Virus record (IMG/VR): IMGVR_UViG_3300045988_176431
Span: 96,001-160,000 of that record
Direction: 5' to 3' (one strand)
Length of the DNA stretch: 64,000 bases
Source: a virus
Part shown: positions 27,226 to 35,520 of the stretch, piece by piece
Position numbering within the stretch: the stretch's first letter is position 1
Layout of the letters: every line of letters starts with the position of its first letter
Program-made: the position numbers and the translations under genes
Notes under the pieces: model-generated
The model's input: only the letters and a program-made list of their open reading frames with translations
Told to the model about the DNA's origin: nothing
The model's database searches: none

Positions 27226-27864
27226 ATGAACAAAAAATATGAATTGACAGATGAAACTTTGGAATATGAGGGTCATATTATACTACATAGAATCCGGGCA
27301 TTGAAAAATGTAAATGATTCTGTGAAGGAAGGTGATCTTGGAGGATATGTAGAATCTGAAAGAAATCTTTCACAATATAATGAATGCTGGATTTATGATA
27401 ATGCAAAAGTTTTCGGAAATGGTAAGGTTTTTGATAAAGCTACAATACATAATGCGGCTATTGTAAAAGATGATGTTATCATATATAATAAAGCAAGTAT
27501 AAATGACTATGTAATGGTATATGATAATGCCAGAATTCATGGATTTGCTAAAATTTATGATGATGCTCAAATATATGGTAACGCTAATATCTTCGATCAT
27601 TCTAGAATATATAATAATAGTAAAATATCTGGTAACGCTATCGTACATGAATATGCCAGTATTCAAGATAATTCCATTGTCAGTGGACATGCTGATATAT
27701 TTGGACATGCTAAAATACAGGATAATTCTTCAATATTAGGTAATACTATTGTTTGTGGTGAAAATGTATTAAGATTTAATACTGAACTAACTGGTAATTC
27801 ATATATTAGTTCATCATTTAAAGAATTGGGAATTGATCCTTCTCAATATAATTTTAAAGAATGA
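27226..27864 (+). CDS. beta-solenoid paralog 3
   Basis: MNKKYELTDETLEYEG..RIRALK..GDLGGYVESERNLSQ..CWIYDNAKV, followed by long hexapeptide-periodic repeats. Confidence 0.7.
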   Translation: MNKKYELTDETLEYEGHIILHRIRALKNVNDSVKEGDLGGYVESERNLSQYNECWIYDNAKVFGNGKVFDKATIHNAAIVKDDVIIYNKASINDYVMVYDNARIHGFAKIYDDAQIYGNANIFDHSRIYNNSKISGNAIVHEYASIQDNSIVSGHADIFGHAKIQDNSSILGNTIVCGENVLRFNTELTGNSYISSSFKELGIDPSQYNFKE

Positions 27865-27901
27865 TCTTAATGTCTTTTAAAAAGACATATTTGTAATTAA
27901 A

Positions 27902-27943
27902 AATAAGAATGTAATACAATTATTATTACATTCTTATTTTTTT
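27902..27943 (+). terminator. rho-independent terminator
   Basis: 15-bp stem AATAAGAATGTAATA / TATTACATTCTTATT followed by T-run. Confidence 0.75.
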
Positions 27944-27991
27944 GATATTTAAATGAAAATTGTAAATTTAGTATGTTCCTCTACTGTATTT

Positions 27992-28000
27992 ATATATTAT
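27992..28000 (+). promoter_or_regulatory. putative promoter core (ATATATTAT)
   Basis: Intergenic, 48 nt upstream of ATG 28048. Confidence 0.4.
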
Positions 28001-28047
28001 TTTCATAGAATCGATGATTAATAAAAAATAATATAGGAGGTGAAAAA

Positions 28048-28185
28048 ATGAGGTATTTAGTTTATTCTGATGAAGATGGTGAAACAAATATATTAGAAAT
28101 AGACCATTGTGATGAGAATGAAAGAGTATGTGAATTAAAAAATCAAGGAATCGATGATTATGATATTATCGATATTCCGTTTTAA
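28048..28185 (+). CDS. 45-aa acidic protein ending in ..DIPF (SSB-tail-like)
   Basis: Not in the ORF track (under 60 aa). AGGAGGTG lies 7 nt upstream of the ATG. Sequence MRYLVYSDEDGETNILEIDHCDENERVCELKNQGIDDYDIIDIPF*. Confidence 0.55.
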   Translation: MRYLVYSDEDGETNILEIDHCDENERVCELKNQGIDDYDIIDIPF

Positions 28186-28201
28186 GAAAGAAGGTTATAT
28201 T

Positions 28202-28825
28202 ATGTGTGATACATTTATGTTTAAAACTAATGAAAATATAAAGAAGGGGATAAAGATTATGAAATCTTATATCGATCAAATCGAAAAAGAATCTCAAAAT
28301 AAGTATACTTTTTGTATTAACTTGGGATTTACTGCATTTGATGGTAATAAAGATTTCCATGTAACACCAGTTGAAAATGATGATATAATTAGAATATCAT
28401 CATCATATAGTGATATGACATTAGAATGTTGGTTTTTACATTCTACAAAAATGTCATTTAATGCTAAAAATATTATCAGTATTAAAGCTATTGTGAAGAA
28501 AGGAAGTGATGAAGAGAGAAAACTAAAAGAAGTTTTCAATATATACAGCTCGGCATCTGTGCTATTCAATAATTTATTTATTTATGAAAATGATGAAGCA
28601 GGTCATCGTTATAAAGAAATTAAATTTGGATTCAATGCGTCAGGTGCATTATTTTCAGAAAGTGATTTTTACCGTTTTTTAGCATTAAGAAAATCATGGT
28701 CAGACATTCCAATGTTAACTCAGACTATAATGATTAATATTGCTATTTTAAATGGTTTTTTGGCATCATTACTTGATTCCTTAGAATCTACTGTGATAAT
28801 ACCAATAGATTCATCATTTGAATAG
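28202..28825 (+). CDS. hypothetical protein (paralog of 28894..29862)
   Basis: ATG 28202 follows AAGAAAGAAGG. Shares ..YSDM.L.C.., GS(D/E)E..KLKEVF and FY.FL.LRK.W.DIPM..ILNGFL with the next gene. Confidence 0.6.
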   Translation: MCDTFMFKTNENIKKGIKIMKSYIDQIEKESQNKYTFCINLGFTAFDGNKDFHVTPVENDDIIRISSSYSDMTLECWFLHSTKMSFNAKNIISIKAIVKKGSDEERKLKEVFNIYSSASVLFNNLFIYENDEAGHRYKEIKFGFNASGALFSESDFYRFLALRKSWSDIPMLTQTIMINIAILNGFLASLLDSLESTVIIPIDSSFE

Positions 28826-28893
28826 CAGGGTTGCTCTTTTATGGGTTATTTGATACAAGATTTAAAATGGATAATAAAAGAAAGGTGATAATT

Positions 28894-29862
28894 ATGAGTG
28901 AAAAAATAATTGAAATAATGGAATATGTTAAAGAAATTGAGGATAAAATTAATCTTATTCAAAAAGAATCTAAATATATACTTATATTTAGATATTCATT
29001 CTCATCTTTTAACAATTCTAAAGATTATCGTGTGTCTTCTAAAGATAAGAATAATAATATTTTTACAATTGATGCACAATATAGTGATATGAAACTACAA
29101 TGTTGTTTTGATGCTGATGAATCTGAAAAAGGGAACTTTGATGAATTATTGGTAAGCGTTGAGAATAACTTTATTCTTGATATTATTGTAAAGGATGGAA
29201 GTGAAGAAGATCAAAAACTAAAAGAAGTTTTTGATCGATTTCTATCAAAAATAATATCAAAAATACCAAGTTATTATAACAGATTAGTTTGGCATAAAAA
29301 CAATACATTCGTACCAATAGAGCCTGAAGACAAGGAAATCCGTTTTTCTCTTAAACCGATGTTTGATTCAATTTCAAAAGATGATTTCTATCAGTTTTTG
29401 ACATTAAGAAAAGATTGGTTAGATATCCCGATGGCACAGAGGGAAATAACAACAGATCTTTATATTTTAAATGGATTTCTGACATATTTACTTCATTTTC
29501 TGATGATGAATGTTGTAAGCAATATGTCAATTTTAAAAATAAAAAAAGAAATCAAAAACTGTAGCAGAATTATATTTGAGACTGCTACAGGTTGTGAAGA
29601 AAGGTTGGTAAATTATGATGGATATTTTAGAGTAGAGCATTATAATCCATCCGCATTGTCATATTGTCCAGTGTGTGGTGAATTTGAGGACCATTGGTTT
29701 TATGATAAAGAATCAAATACTGAAAAGTATTCATGTGGAGATTTTAGAAAGATCTCCTTGATTAGGGCAGCGTACATGATCAGAAGGTACAAAAAACATG
29801 GATACACTAGTTACCATATTCTAGATAAGGAGGAAGAAAGTTATGCCTCCACATCCAAATGA
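28894..29862 (+). CDS. hypothetical protein (paralog of 28202..28825) with Cys-containing C-terminal extension
   Basis: ATG 28894 follows AAAGGTG. Extra C-terminal ~110 aa with CPVCGEF..YSCGDF. Confidence 0.6.
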   Translation: MSEKIIEIMEYVKEIEDKINLIQKESKYILIFRYSFSSFNNSKDYRVSSKDKNNNIFTIDAQYSDMKLQCCFDADESEKGNFDELLVSVENNFILDIIVKDGSEEDQKLKEVFDRFLSKIISKIPSYYNRLVWHKNNTFVPIEPEDKEIRFSLKPMFDSISKDDFYQFLTLRKDWLDIPMAQREITTDLYILNGFLTYLLHFLMMNVVSNMSILKIKKEIKNCSRIIFETATGCEERLVNYDGYFRVEHYNPSALSYCPVCGEFEDHWFYDKESNTEKYSCGDFRKISLIRAAYMIRRYKKHGYTSYHILDKEEESYASTSK

Positions 29863-29908
29863 TATAGATGTTATTATTGAATAAAAACAAGAAAGGTAGG
29901 TAACAATT

Positions 29909-30586
29909 ATGAAGTATTATGATGCAGAAGAATTTAGAGGGAAATTATTATCCCAAGTATCAGCAAATGATATTAAGGAGGTCAAAGATGTCTTTTCAAA
30001 TCGGAAATCAGGACAAACTACTGAGATTGATAAGATAATCATAGAATTCATGGAGATGATGATCCGTGAAAAAGAAAAGATAGTACGTGGATATTCAACG
30101 GGTATCTTTACTAATGAGTATCTTTTGGACATTGCAACAAAAGATACTTGTCCATTAATCATTAATGAGTTCATTACAAGTATCTTTGCAGGTGGACTTG
30201 AAATTGATGATTTTTCTGAAATCCGTAAAGGAAAATATGGTTATACTTTTAAAACATATAACGAGAACGGTTCAGAAGTAATAAGTCCTGAATACACAAA
30301 AGAAATGCTACTTGATGCTTTAAGAGGGAAAAGTATTAAATTCTCAGTTGAAGTAGCTGAGAAAGAAACAGAAAATAAGGAGGAAAAGAAAATGAAGATG
30401 AAGGTGAAAGAAGAACGAAGAATTTCTTCTTCAGTAACTTTAAATAAAGGAGAAGTTATCGAGTTGATACCTATGAAAAGTATAAATGGTGTAACGGTCG
30501 GATATGAATTTCTCCATAAAGGTGGAGACTTTGTAATTGTGCCAGGAGAATTATATGAGATATTTGAAGATTTAGAATCAGCATAA
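29909..30586 (+). CDS. hypothetical protein (with in-frame internal SD+ATG at 30392)
   Basis: 225-aa ORF with RBS AGAAAGGTAGG. Confidence 0.6.
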   Translation: MKYYDAEEFRGKLLSQVSANDIKEVKDVFSNRKSGQTTEIDKIIIEFMEMMIREKEKIVRGYSTGIFTNEYLLDIATKDTCPLIINEFITSIFAGGLEIDDFSEIRKGKYGYTFKTYNENGSEVISPEYTKEMLLDALRGKSIKFSVEVAEKETENKEEKKMKMKVKEERRISSSVTLNKGEVIELIPMKSINGVTVGYEFLHKGGDFVIVPGELYEIFEDLESA

Positions 30587-30624
30587 CTATCTCATAAAAA
30601 CAAAAAAAAGGAGGATATTAAATT

Positions 30625-31266
30625 ATGGCTAAATTTTTGAAACAGGGGTATGAAATTATTGATAATTTGTGCCCTGCTCATATTATGAGAAAAATTGAAA
30701 GGATTGGTCGAGTCTGTTATAAGAGTGAGGATAAGATTACAGATGACTCGGCTGAGAGATTTGTAAAAATGATTATCAAAAGGGGACATGAATCAGTTCT
30801 TGAGCATGTCTCATTTTCTGTCCGTTTTACAACAGACAGAGGTGTGTCTCATGAGATTGTAAGACATCGTATTGCCTCGTTTAGTCAGGAGAGTACTAGA
30901 TACTGTAATTACTCTTCTGATAAATTCGGTGGTGATGTGAGTTTTATCATCCCGACATTCTTCGAAGAATCACATCTAAAAGATGATGATAAGAAGTATG
31001 AAAAATGGGTCGAAGAAATGATGAATATTGAAAGGACCTATTTGAATCTTCTCGAAGATGGTGCTAGTCCTCAGGAAGCACGTACAGTACTTCCAAACTC
31101 TTTGAAAACAGAAATCGTAGTTACGATGAATTTAAGAGAATGGAGACATTTCTTTAAATTGAGAACTGCACCAGCAGCTCATCCTCAGATGAGGGAGTTA
31201 GTTTGTCCGTTACTTAGTGAAATGAAAGAAATTCTTCCTGCTGTATTTGAGGATATTGAGGAGTGA
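30625..31266 (+). CDS. thyX: flavin-dependent thymidylate synthase ThyX
   Basis: ThyX signature RHRIASFSQESTRY (RHRxxSxxxxSxRY). RBS AAGGAGG. Confidence 0.9.
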   Translation: MAKFLKQGYEIIDNLCPAHIMRKIERIGRVCYKSEDKITDDSAERFVKMIIKRGHESVLEHVSFSVRFTTDRGVSHEIVRHRIASFSQESTRYCNYSSDKFGGDVSFIIPTFFEESHLKDDDKKYEKWVEEMMNIERTYLNLLEDGASPQEARTVLPNSLKTEIVVTMNLREWRHFFKLRTAPAAHPQMRELVCPLLSEMKEILPAVFEDIEE

Positions 31267-31270
31267 TGAT

Positions 31271-31912
31271 ATGAAACAAAAACAAATTAGATTAGTGGTC
31301 CTTGCCGGAATGTCAGGTTCTGGCAAGGATACTATAAAGAATCTCTTGGTTAATGATGGATATAAAGAACTTGAAATATTCACAACAAGACCAAAAAGAT
31401 CTGATGATGAATCAGGATATGATTTCATTTCATATGAAGAGTATACTGAAAAGTTAGCAGATGGTGTTGTTCTTGAATCACGTGAATATCACATTGCGAC
31501 AAGTGGTGAAACGTGGTATTATGGAACATATATACCTGATATGAGTCAAGTTAATGATGGTGATAACTATGTGGTTATTGGAACAATTGATAACTTCAAA
31601 ACCATTAAAGGAATGCTCAATCTAAAGGCACTCGAAAATGACATCATAATCAGATTTATTCCGATTTTTCTCAATGTTCATTATTATGAAAGATTAAAAC
31701 GAATTTTAAATCGTTCAGATAAATCGGATTATACAAAAGAAGAGATATCTGAAGTGCTTGAAAGAGAGCATAAAGATAATTTGTTGTGTGACATTTATTC
31801 ATATGGATGTTATACTCGGATTGACATCGATGATGAACAGACTATGAATCAAGTGTATGAAAATGTAAAATATACTATTGATTATATCGTCTTTCAGTCT
31901 CTTTGTGACTAG
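31271..31912 (+). CDS. guanylate-kinase-family nucleotide kinase
   Basis: P-loop GMSGSGKDT and TTRPKRSDDESGYDFISYEEY (GK-like TTRxPRxxExxGxDYxF). ATG 31271 follows GAGGAG. Confidence 0.7.
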   Translation: MKQKQIRLVVLAGMSGSGKDTIKNLLVNDGYKELEIFTTRPKRSDDESGYDFISYEEYTEKLADGVVLESREYHIATSGETWYYGTYIPDMSQVNDGDNYVVIGTIDNFKTIKGMLNLKALENDIIIRFIPIFLNVHYYERLKRILNRSDKSDYTKEEISEVLEREHKDNLLCDIYSYGCYTRIDIDDEQTMNQVYENVKYTIDYIVFQSLCD

Positions 31913-31968
31913 CTGCTTTTCTAGTTTCGCAGTACAATTAGATAAAGAAACTAGAAAGGGTGAATGAC

Positions 31969-32343
31969 ATGAATCAATGCAATAAACTAGTATTGATGAT
32001 TTTCTGTCATTTTGTATCTGATTTTTATTTACAGAGCAAAAGCAATAGTTTGATTAAGAAAAAGGACTGGTGGGAAAATCGGCATAAGAAATCAAATGAT
32101 AGGAAGTATAACTATATTTTTGGTTTACTCTTACATTCCTTTGTTTGGGGAATATCTATCTTATTACCGTTTTTCTTTGAAACAGGTAATTTATATTATC
32201 CAGTCTTGCTTTTTAATGTTATGATACATGCTTATATTGATAATTTGAAATCAAATAAAAAATCAATTAGTTCTGTTCTCGATCAGGTACTACACTTGAT
32301 ACAAATTATTATTACTTGGTTAGTGATAAGTATACTTTATTAG
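31969..32343 (+). CDS. integral membrane protein (HxxxDFxLQ motif)
   Basis: Multi-TM protein with HFVSDFYLQS near the N-terminus. ATG 31969 follows GAAAGGG. Confidence 0.55.
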   Translation: MNQCNKLVLMIFCHFVSDFYLQSKSNSLIKKKDWWENRHKKSNDRKYNYIFGLLLHSFVWGISILLPFFFETGNLYYPVLLFNVMIHAYIDNLKSNKKSISSVLDQVLHLIQIIITWLVISILY

Positions 32344-32386
32344 AAGTATACTTATCACTAACTTTTATTCAGAAAGGAGAAATGAT

Positions 32387-32785
32387 ATGGATGAATTGAT
32401 AATCATCATAGTTTTTGTATCATTAGCATTTCTAATGGTAGTTAGTTTTATAATTGATCGTGAAAAATCGATTTCAGCAGATTTAGTGCATACCTTCGAT
32501 CAAACGTCTATATTAATAGACGCTATTGAAGAAGCAATCTCAACAAATCCTGAAGAATTAAATAAATATTATCATGATTTGTATGAGTTACTGAAAGATG
32601 ATACTTTAATAAATGGAATAAGACATCTTTCAGACGCACAAAAGATAAAATACTTGTTACATAAACAAGTTGAGTTATATTCTCTGTATAAAAAGATTAT
32701 ACGAGAAATACCAATATCTAAAGGAGGTGACTTGGATGATACCAAAAAATACGATGTTGAGGAACAACATCAAGAAAATAATTAA
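32387..32785 (+). CDS. hypothetical protein with N-terminal TM segment
   Basis: 132-aa ORF with RBS GAAAGGAG. Confidence 0.6.
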   Translation: MDELIIIIVFVSLAFLMVVSFIIDREKSISADLVHTFDQTSILIDAIEEAISTNPEELNKYYHDLYELLKDDTLINGIRHLSDAQKIKYLLHKQVELYSLYKKIIREIPISKGGDLDDTKKYDVEEQHQENN

Positions 32786-33179
32786 AGGACGATGTCCTGA
32801 ATGTTTAGAAGACATTAAGAAAATGAATGTTGATGATTTTCAAGGACTTTATCATGTTACTAGACGTTTGAACCAAATGATTAAGAAAAGGACAAATTCT
32901 ATGTTGGCTGGTTCTAGTATTAACTTAGAAGAAGTCGGTGACCTTTTAGGTTTAATTGAAGAACGATTAATTCTTGAGGGTCATGATTTGAATGATGCTA
33001 TGAATTATCATAAATCTCTTGTTAATCATTATGGTAGTTATTCAAAGCATTACACATCAACTTCTTCTATTGATTTAGATTGTAAGATTTTCTTACCATA
33101 CGTAGACAGAGGTAAAATTGTTACAGATGGTGATTATGTTTCAAGAAAATCACGAATACAAGATGGAAAGGAGTACTAA
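32736..33179 (+). CDS. hypothetical protein
   Basis: ATG 32736 is 8 nt after AAGGAGGTG. Overlaps the upstream gene by 50 nt. Confidence 0.55.
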   Translation: MIPKNTMLRNNIKKIIKGRCPECLEDIKKMNVDDFQGLYHVTRRLNQMIKKRTNSMLAGSSINLEEVGDLLGLIEERLILEGHDLNDAMNYHKSLVNHYGSYSKHYTSTSSIDLDCKIFLPYVDRGKIVTDGDYVSRKSRIQDGKEY

Positions 33180-33593
33180 ATGTTAGGAACATTATTACTT
33201 ATATGCGGAATTACATTTGCCGTATATTTTCTTGAAGAAATCTTAAAACTTCTTGCAAAACCAAGAATTGATCAGATTTCTAATATAGATTACGACGATG
33301 AAGACGATTTCAAAAAATCGTTGCGAATAGCTAGATTTTATGCAACTATGATTCCTTTTTTGGCAATCATAATTAATTTAATCATTTTTGAAATGATAAT
33401 TCGATTTAGTAGTGTAAAATTAGTCGTTCCACCATTAGCAGTATTTTTTACATTTTTAGTAATAGGATTTTCTTATCCTGTATTATGTCGTTCCTATGCT
33501 AAAATATCACGTGGTATTAAATACTACTCATTTTTACGAATTATCACATTATTTACATGGAATTTTGTGATAATCAATAATTATATAGTATAA
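33180..33593 (+). CDS. membrane protein (3-4 TM)
   Basis: 137-aa hydrophobic ORF with RBS GAAAGGAG. Directly abuts the upstream stop. Confidence 0.6.
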   Translation: MLGTLLLICGITFAVYFLEEILKLLAKPRIDQISNIDYDDEDDFKKSLRIARFYATMIPFLAIIINLIIFEMIIRFSSVKLVVPPLAVFFTFLVIGFSYPVLCRSYAKISRGIKYYSFLRIITLFTWNFVIINNYIV

Positions 33594-33684
33594 ATAGTTT
33601 TTTCAATTATATACTATATTTGTGAATCTAAATAAATAATATAGAGATGGTAAACTCTTATAAAACCAGAAAGGTGGTCTTATT

Positions 33685-33867
33685 ATGAAAAAGACAACAT
33701 ATGAAAATTTAACAAAAGTCAGCAAGGGAGCTGGAATTGTTGCTGGCATTGGAACTTGTATTGGAGCAGGTATTGGTGTTATCATGAACATCTTCTCTGA
33801 CAAAGTAGAAGAAGAAGTTCCTGTCGAAGAGACAAAGAAGTCTCGTAAAACAAAGGAGGCAAAATAA
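33685..33867 (+). CDS. small single-pass membrane protein
   Basis: 60 aa with TM GAGIVAGIGTCIGAGIGVIMNIF. RBS GAAAGGTGG. Confidence 0.55.
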   Translation: MKKTTYENLTKVSKGAGIVAGIGTCIGAGIGVIMNIFSDKVEEEVPVEETKKSRKTKEAK

Positions 33868-34037
33868 TGAAAATTCTGAAAACAGTTGTAGCGGGTGCAT
33901 TGACGCTCGTGTGTGCAGCTTCGATTTATGAGGCATCATATATCGGAGTAAGAGCATTGGATTCAGATATTCAGTGCTTAAAGAAACCAGAAGAACCGCC
34001 AGTGAAAAAACATTGGTGGTCAAGAAAGGAGAAGTAA
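33867..34037 (+). CDS. small single-pass membrane/secreted protein (56 aa)
   Basis: Not in the track. ATG overlaps the upstream stop (TAATGA). AAGGAGG is 8 nt upstream. Sequence MKILKTVVAGALTLVCAASIY... Confidence 0.5.
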   Translation: MKILKTVVAGALTLVCAASIYEASYIGVRALDSDIQCLKKPEEPPVKKHWWSRKEK

Positions 34038-34038
34038 C

Positions 34039-34206
34039 ATGAAAGGAAAAACTATGTTCCAGCATGTAATTGCTGGAACAATTACGGCAGTTTCGATTCC
34101 TTTGTTATATAAAGGAATCGAAAGTCTCATTGGATTACCGATGAGAAAAAGAGATCTTGACCTTGATGATATTGAGGATGATTTCGAATTTGATGATGAA
34201 GACTAA
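34039..34206 (+). CDS. small membrane protein with acidic tail (55 aa)
   Basis: Not in the track. AAGGAGAAG upstream. Sequence MKGKTMFQHVIAGTITAVSIPLLY...DDIEDDFEFDDED*. Confidence 0.5.
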   Translation: MKGKTMFQHVIAGTITAVSIPLLYKGIESLIGLPMRKRDLDLDDIEDDFEFDDED

Positions 34207-34227
34207 CTATCTTCATCATCAATTTAA

Positions 34228-34267
34228 AAGAAGAGTCATTTTATCTATATGAACTCTTCTTTTTTTC
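34228..34267 (+). terminator. rho-independent terminator
   Basis: Stem AAGAAGAGTCAT / ATGAACTCTTCTT followed by T7. Confidence 0.7.
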
Positions 34268-34311
34268 TTCACATTATATTAAAACAATTTATAATGAAAG
34301 GAGACATGATT

Positions 34312-34665
34312 ATGAAATATTATGCTTATCTATTATCTAAAGAAGATATAAAAGATGGTAGAAAAAAGGGCTTAGCATATGCTATTAAAAACAAAAATAA
34401 ATGGGTTGATATTTCTGCAGTGAAAGATGAAATAAATACATATGATAAAGGTACCACTGTATTATCTTATAAACAAACAGCCTATAATATTTATAAAGAC
34501 TATGTTTCAATTGATGAACAGTATCGTGTTTATATTTGTGAAGAAAGAGGATATGATTACGATAATAAAGAATTTATTGAAAATACTTTTTATCCAAAAA
34601 AAGAAACTGAAACAACTACACCAGATAAATCCGATTCATCTAAAGATTCTAACACTGGAAAATAA
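34312..34665 (+). CDS. hypothetical protein
   Basis: ATG 34312 follows AAAGGAGA. The track start at 34249 lies inside the terminator. Confidence 0.6.
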   Translation: MKYYAYLLSKEDIKDGRKKGLAYAIKNKNKWVDISAVKDEINTYDKGTTVLSYKQTAYNIYKDYVSIDEQYRVYICEERGYDYDNKEFIENTFYPKKETETTTPDKSDSSKDSNTGK

Positions 34666-34670
34666 TTTTA

Positions 34671-34704
34671 AAAGTTGCAGTAGATTTTTTCTACTGCAAC
34701 TTTT
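34671..34704 (+). terminator. rho-independent terminator
   Basis: 13-bp stem AAAGTTGCAGTAG / CTACTGCAACTTT followed by a T-run. Confidence 0.75.
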
Positions 34705-34731
34705 AATTCACTGGTTTTCTTATATATTATA

Positions 34732-34740
34732 TTTATAGTA
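34732..34740 (+). promoter_or_regulatory. putative promoter core (ATATATTAT)
   Basis: Intergenic, 33 nt upstream of ATG 34773, just after a terminator. Confidence 0.4.
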
Positions 34741-34772
34741 ATTATAGATAATATAAGAAAGGATGATTAATT

Positions 34773-35519
34773 ATGGTAAATGAAATGTTTAATATGTATA
34801 AATACACAATAAAAAATATATTCCCTATATTTGATTTTTGTGTATTAAATAAAGGAATTAAAAAGATTGAGTTAATAACAAGTAAAGAAACTGATAAAGC
34901 GGTTGGATTTGATATAACAACAAATGATGAAAGAAGTCTTTATATTATTAATGATGAGAACTATGATTATACACAACATGATAAATACAGCTCTACATCT
35001 ATACTTATAAAATCTAAACTTTTTACATCTTATTATCAAGTTACAAATGAGATATATCGTGAGAAAAAATATTATGAATACACAAATGAAGATGTTGCAA
35101 ATGGAAAAGACAAGGAATTATTTATATCTAAGATATTAGAAAGACAACCTTGTTTAAAGAATAAAGAAATAACTCTTATTGATGATTGTTTATCATCTGG
35201 TTGTATTGAACGTTATAAATATCATATTAAGATGTTAAATAAAATAAATCAGGCTATATCTGAAGGATTTGTATACAAGTTATTAACTGAAAAAAGGTAT
35301 CTTACAGTCCAATATAAAGAAGGAATTTTAGTTGGTGATTATTTATTACCAATTAATTTTGCATTATTTATTGATAATGATTGTGAAGATGCCAGACTCA
35401 AATTAACAAAGTATGAAAAACAAGCATTAAAGAAAAAATCTTGTAAATTAAAAATAAATATGAAGAAACCTGATTGCATAGGTGCTTATGTATTTGAAAT
35501 TGTAAAGGAAGGTGAATAA
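34773..35519 (+). CDS. hypothetical protein
   Basis: 248-aa ORF with RBS AGAAAGGATGATTAATT-ATG. Confidence 0.65.
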   Translation: MVNEMFNMYKYTIKNIFPIFDFCVLNKGIKKIELITSKETDKAVGFDITTNDERSLYIINDENYDYTQHDKYSSTSILIKSKLFTSYYQVTNEIYREKKYYEYTNEDVANGKDKELFISKILERQPCLKNKEITLIDDCLSSGCIERYKYHIKMLNKINQAISEGFVYKLLTEKRYLTVQYKEGILVGDYLLPINFALFIDNDCEDARLKLTKYEKQALKKKSCKLKINMKKPDCIGAYVFEIVKEGE

Positions 35520-35520
35520 T

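Noticed and set aside
33709-34065. 118-aa minus-strand ORF
   Set aside because: It is antisense to three plus-strand small genes that have strong RBSs and coupling. It has no RBS and an odd composition.
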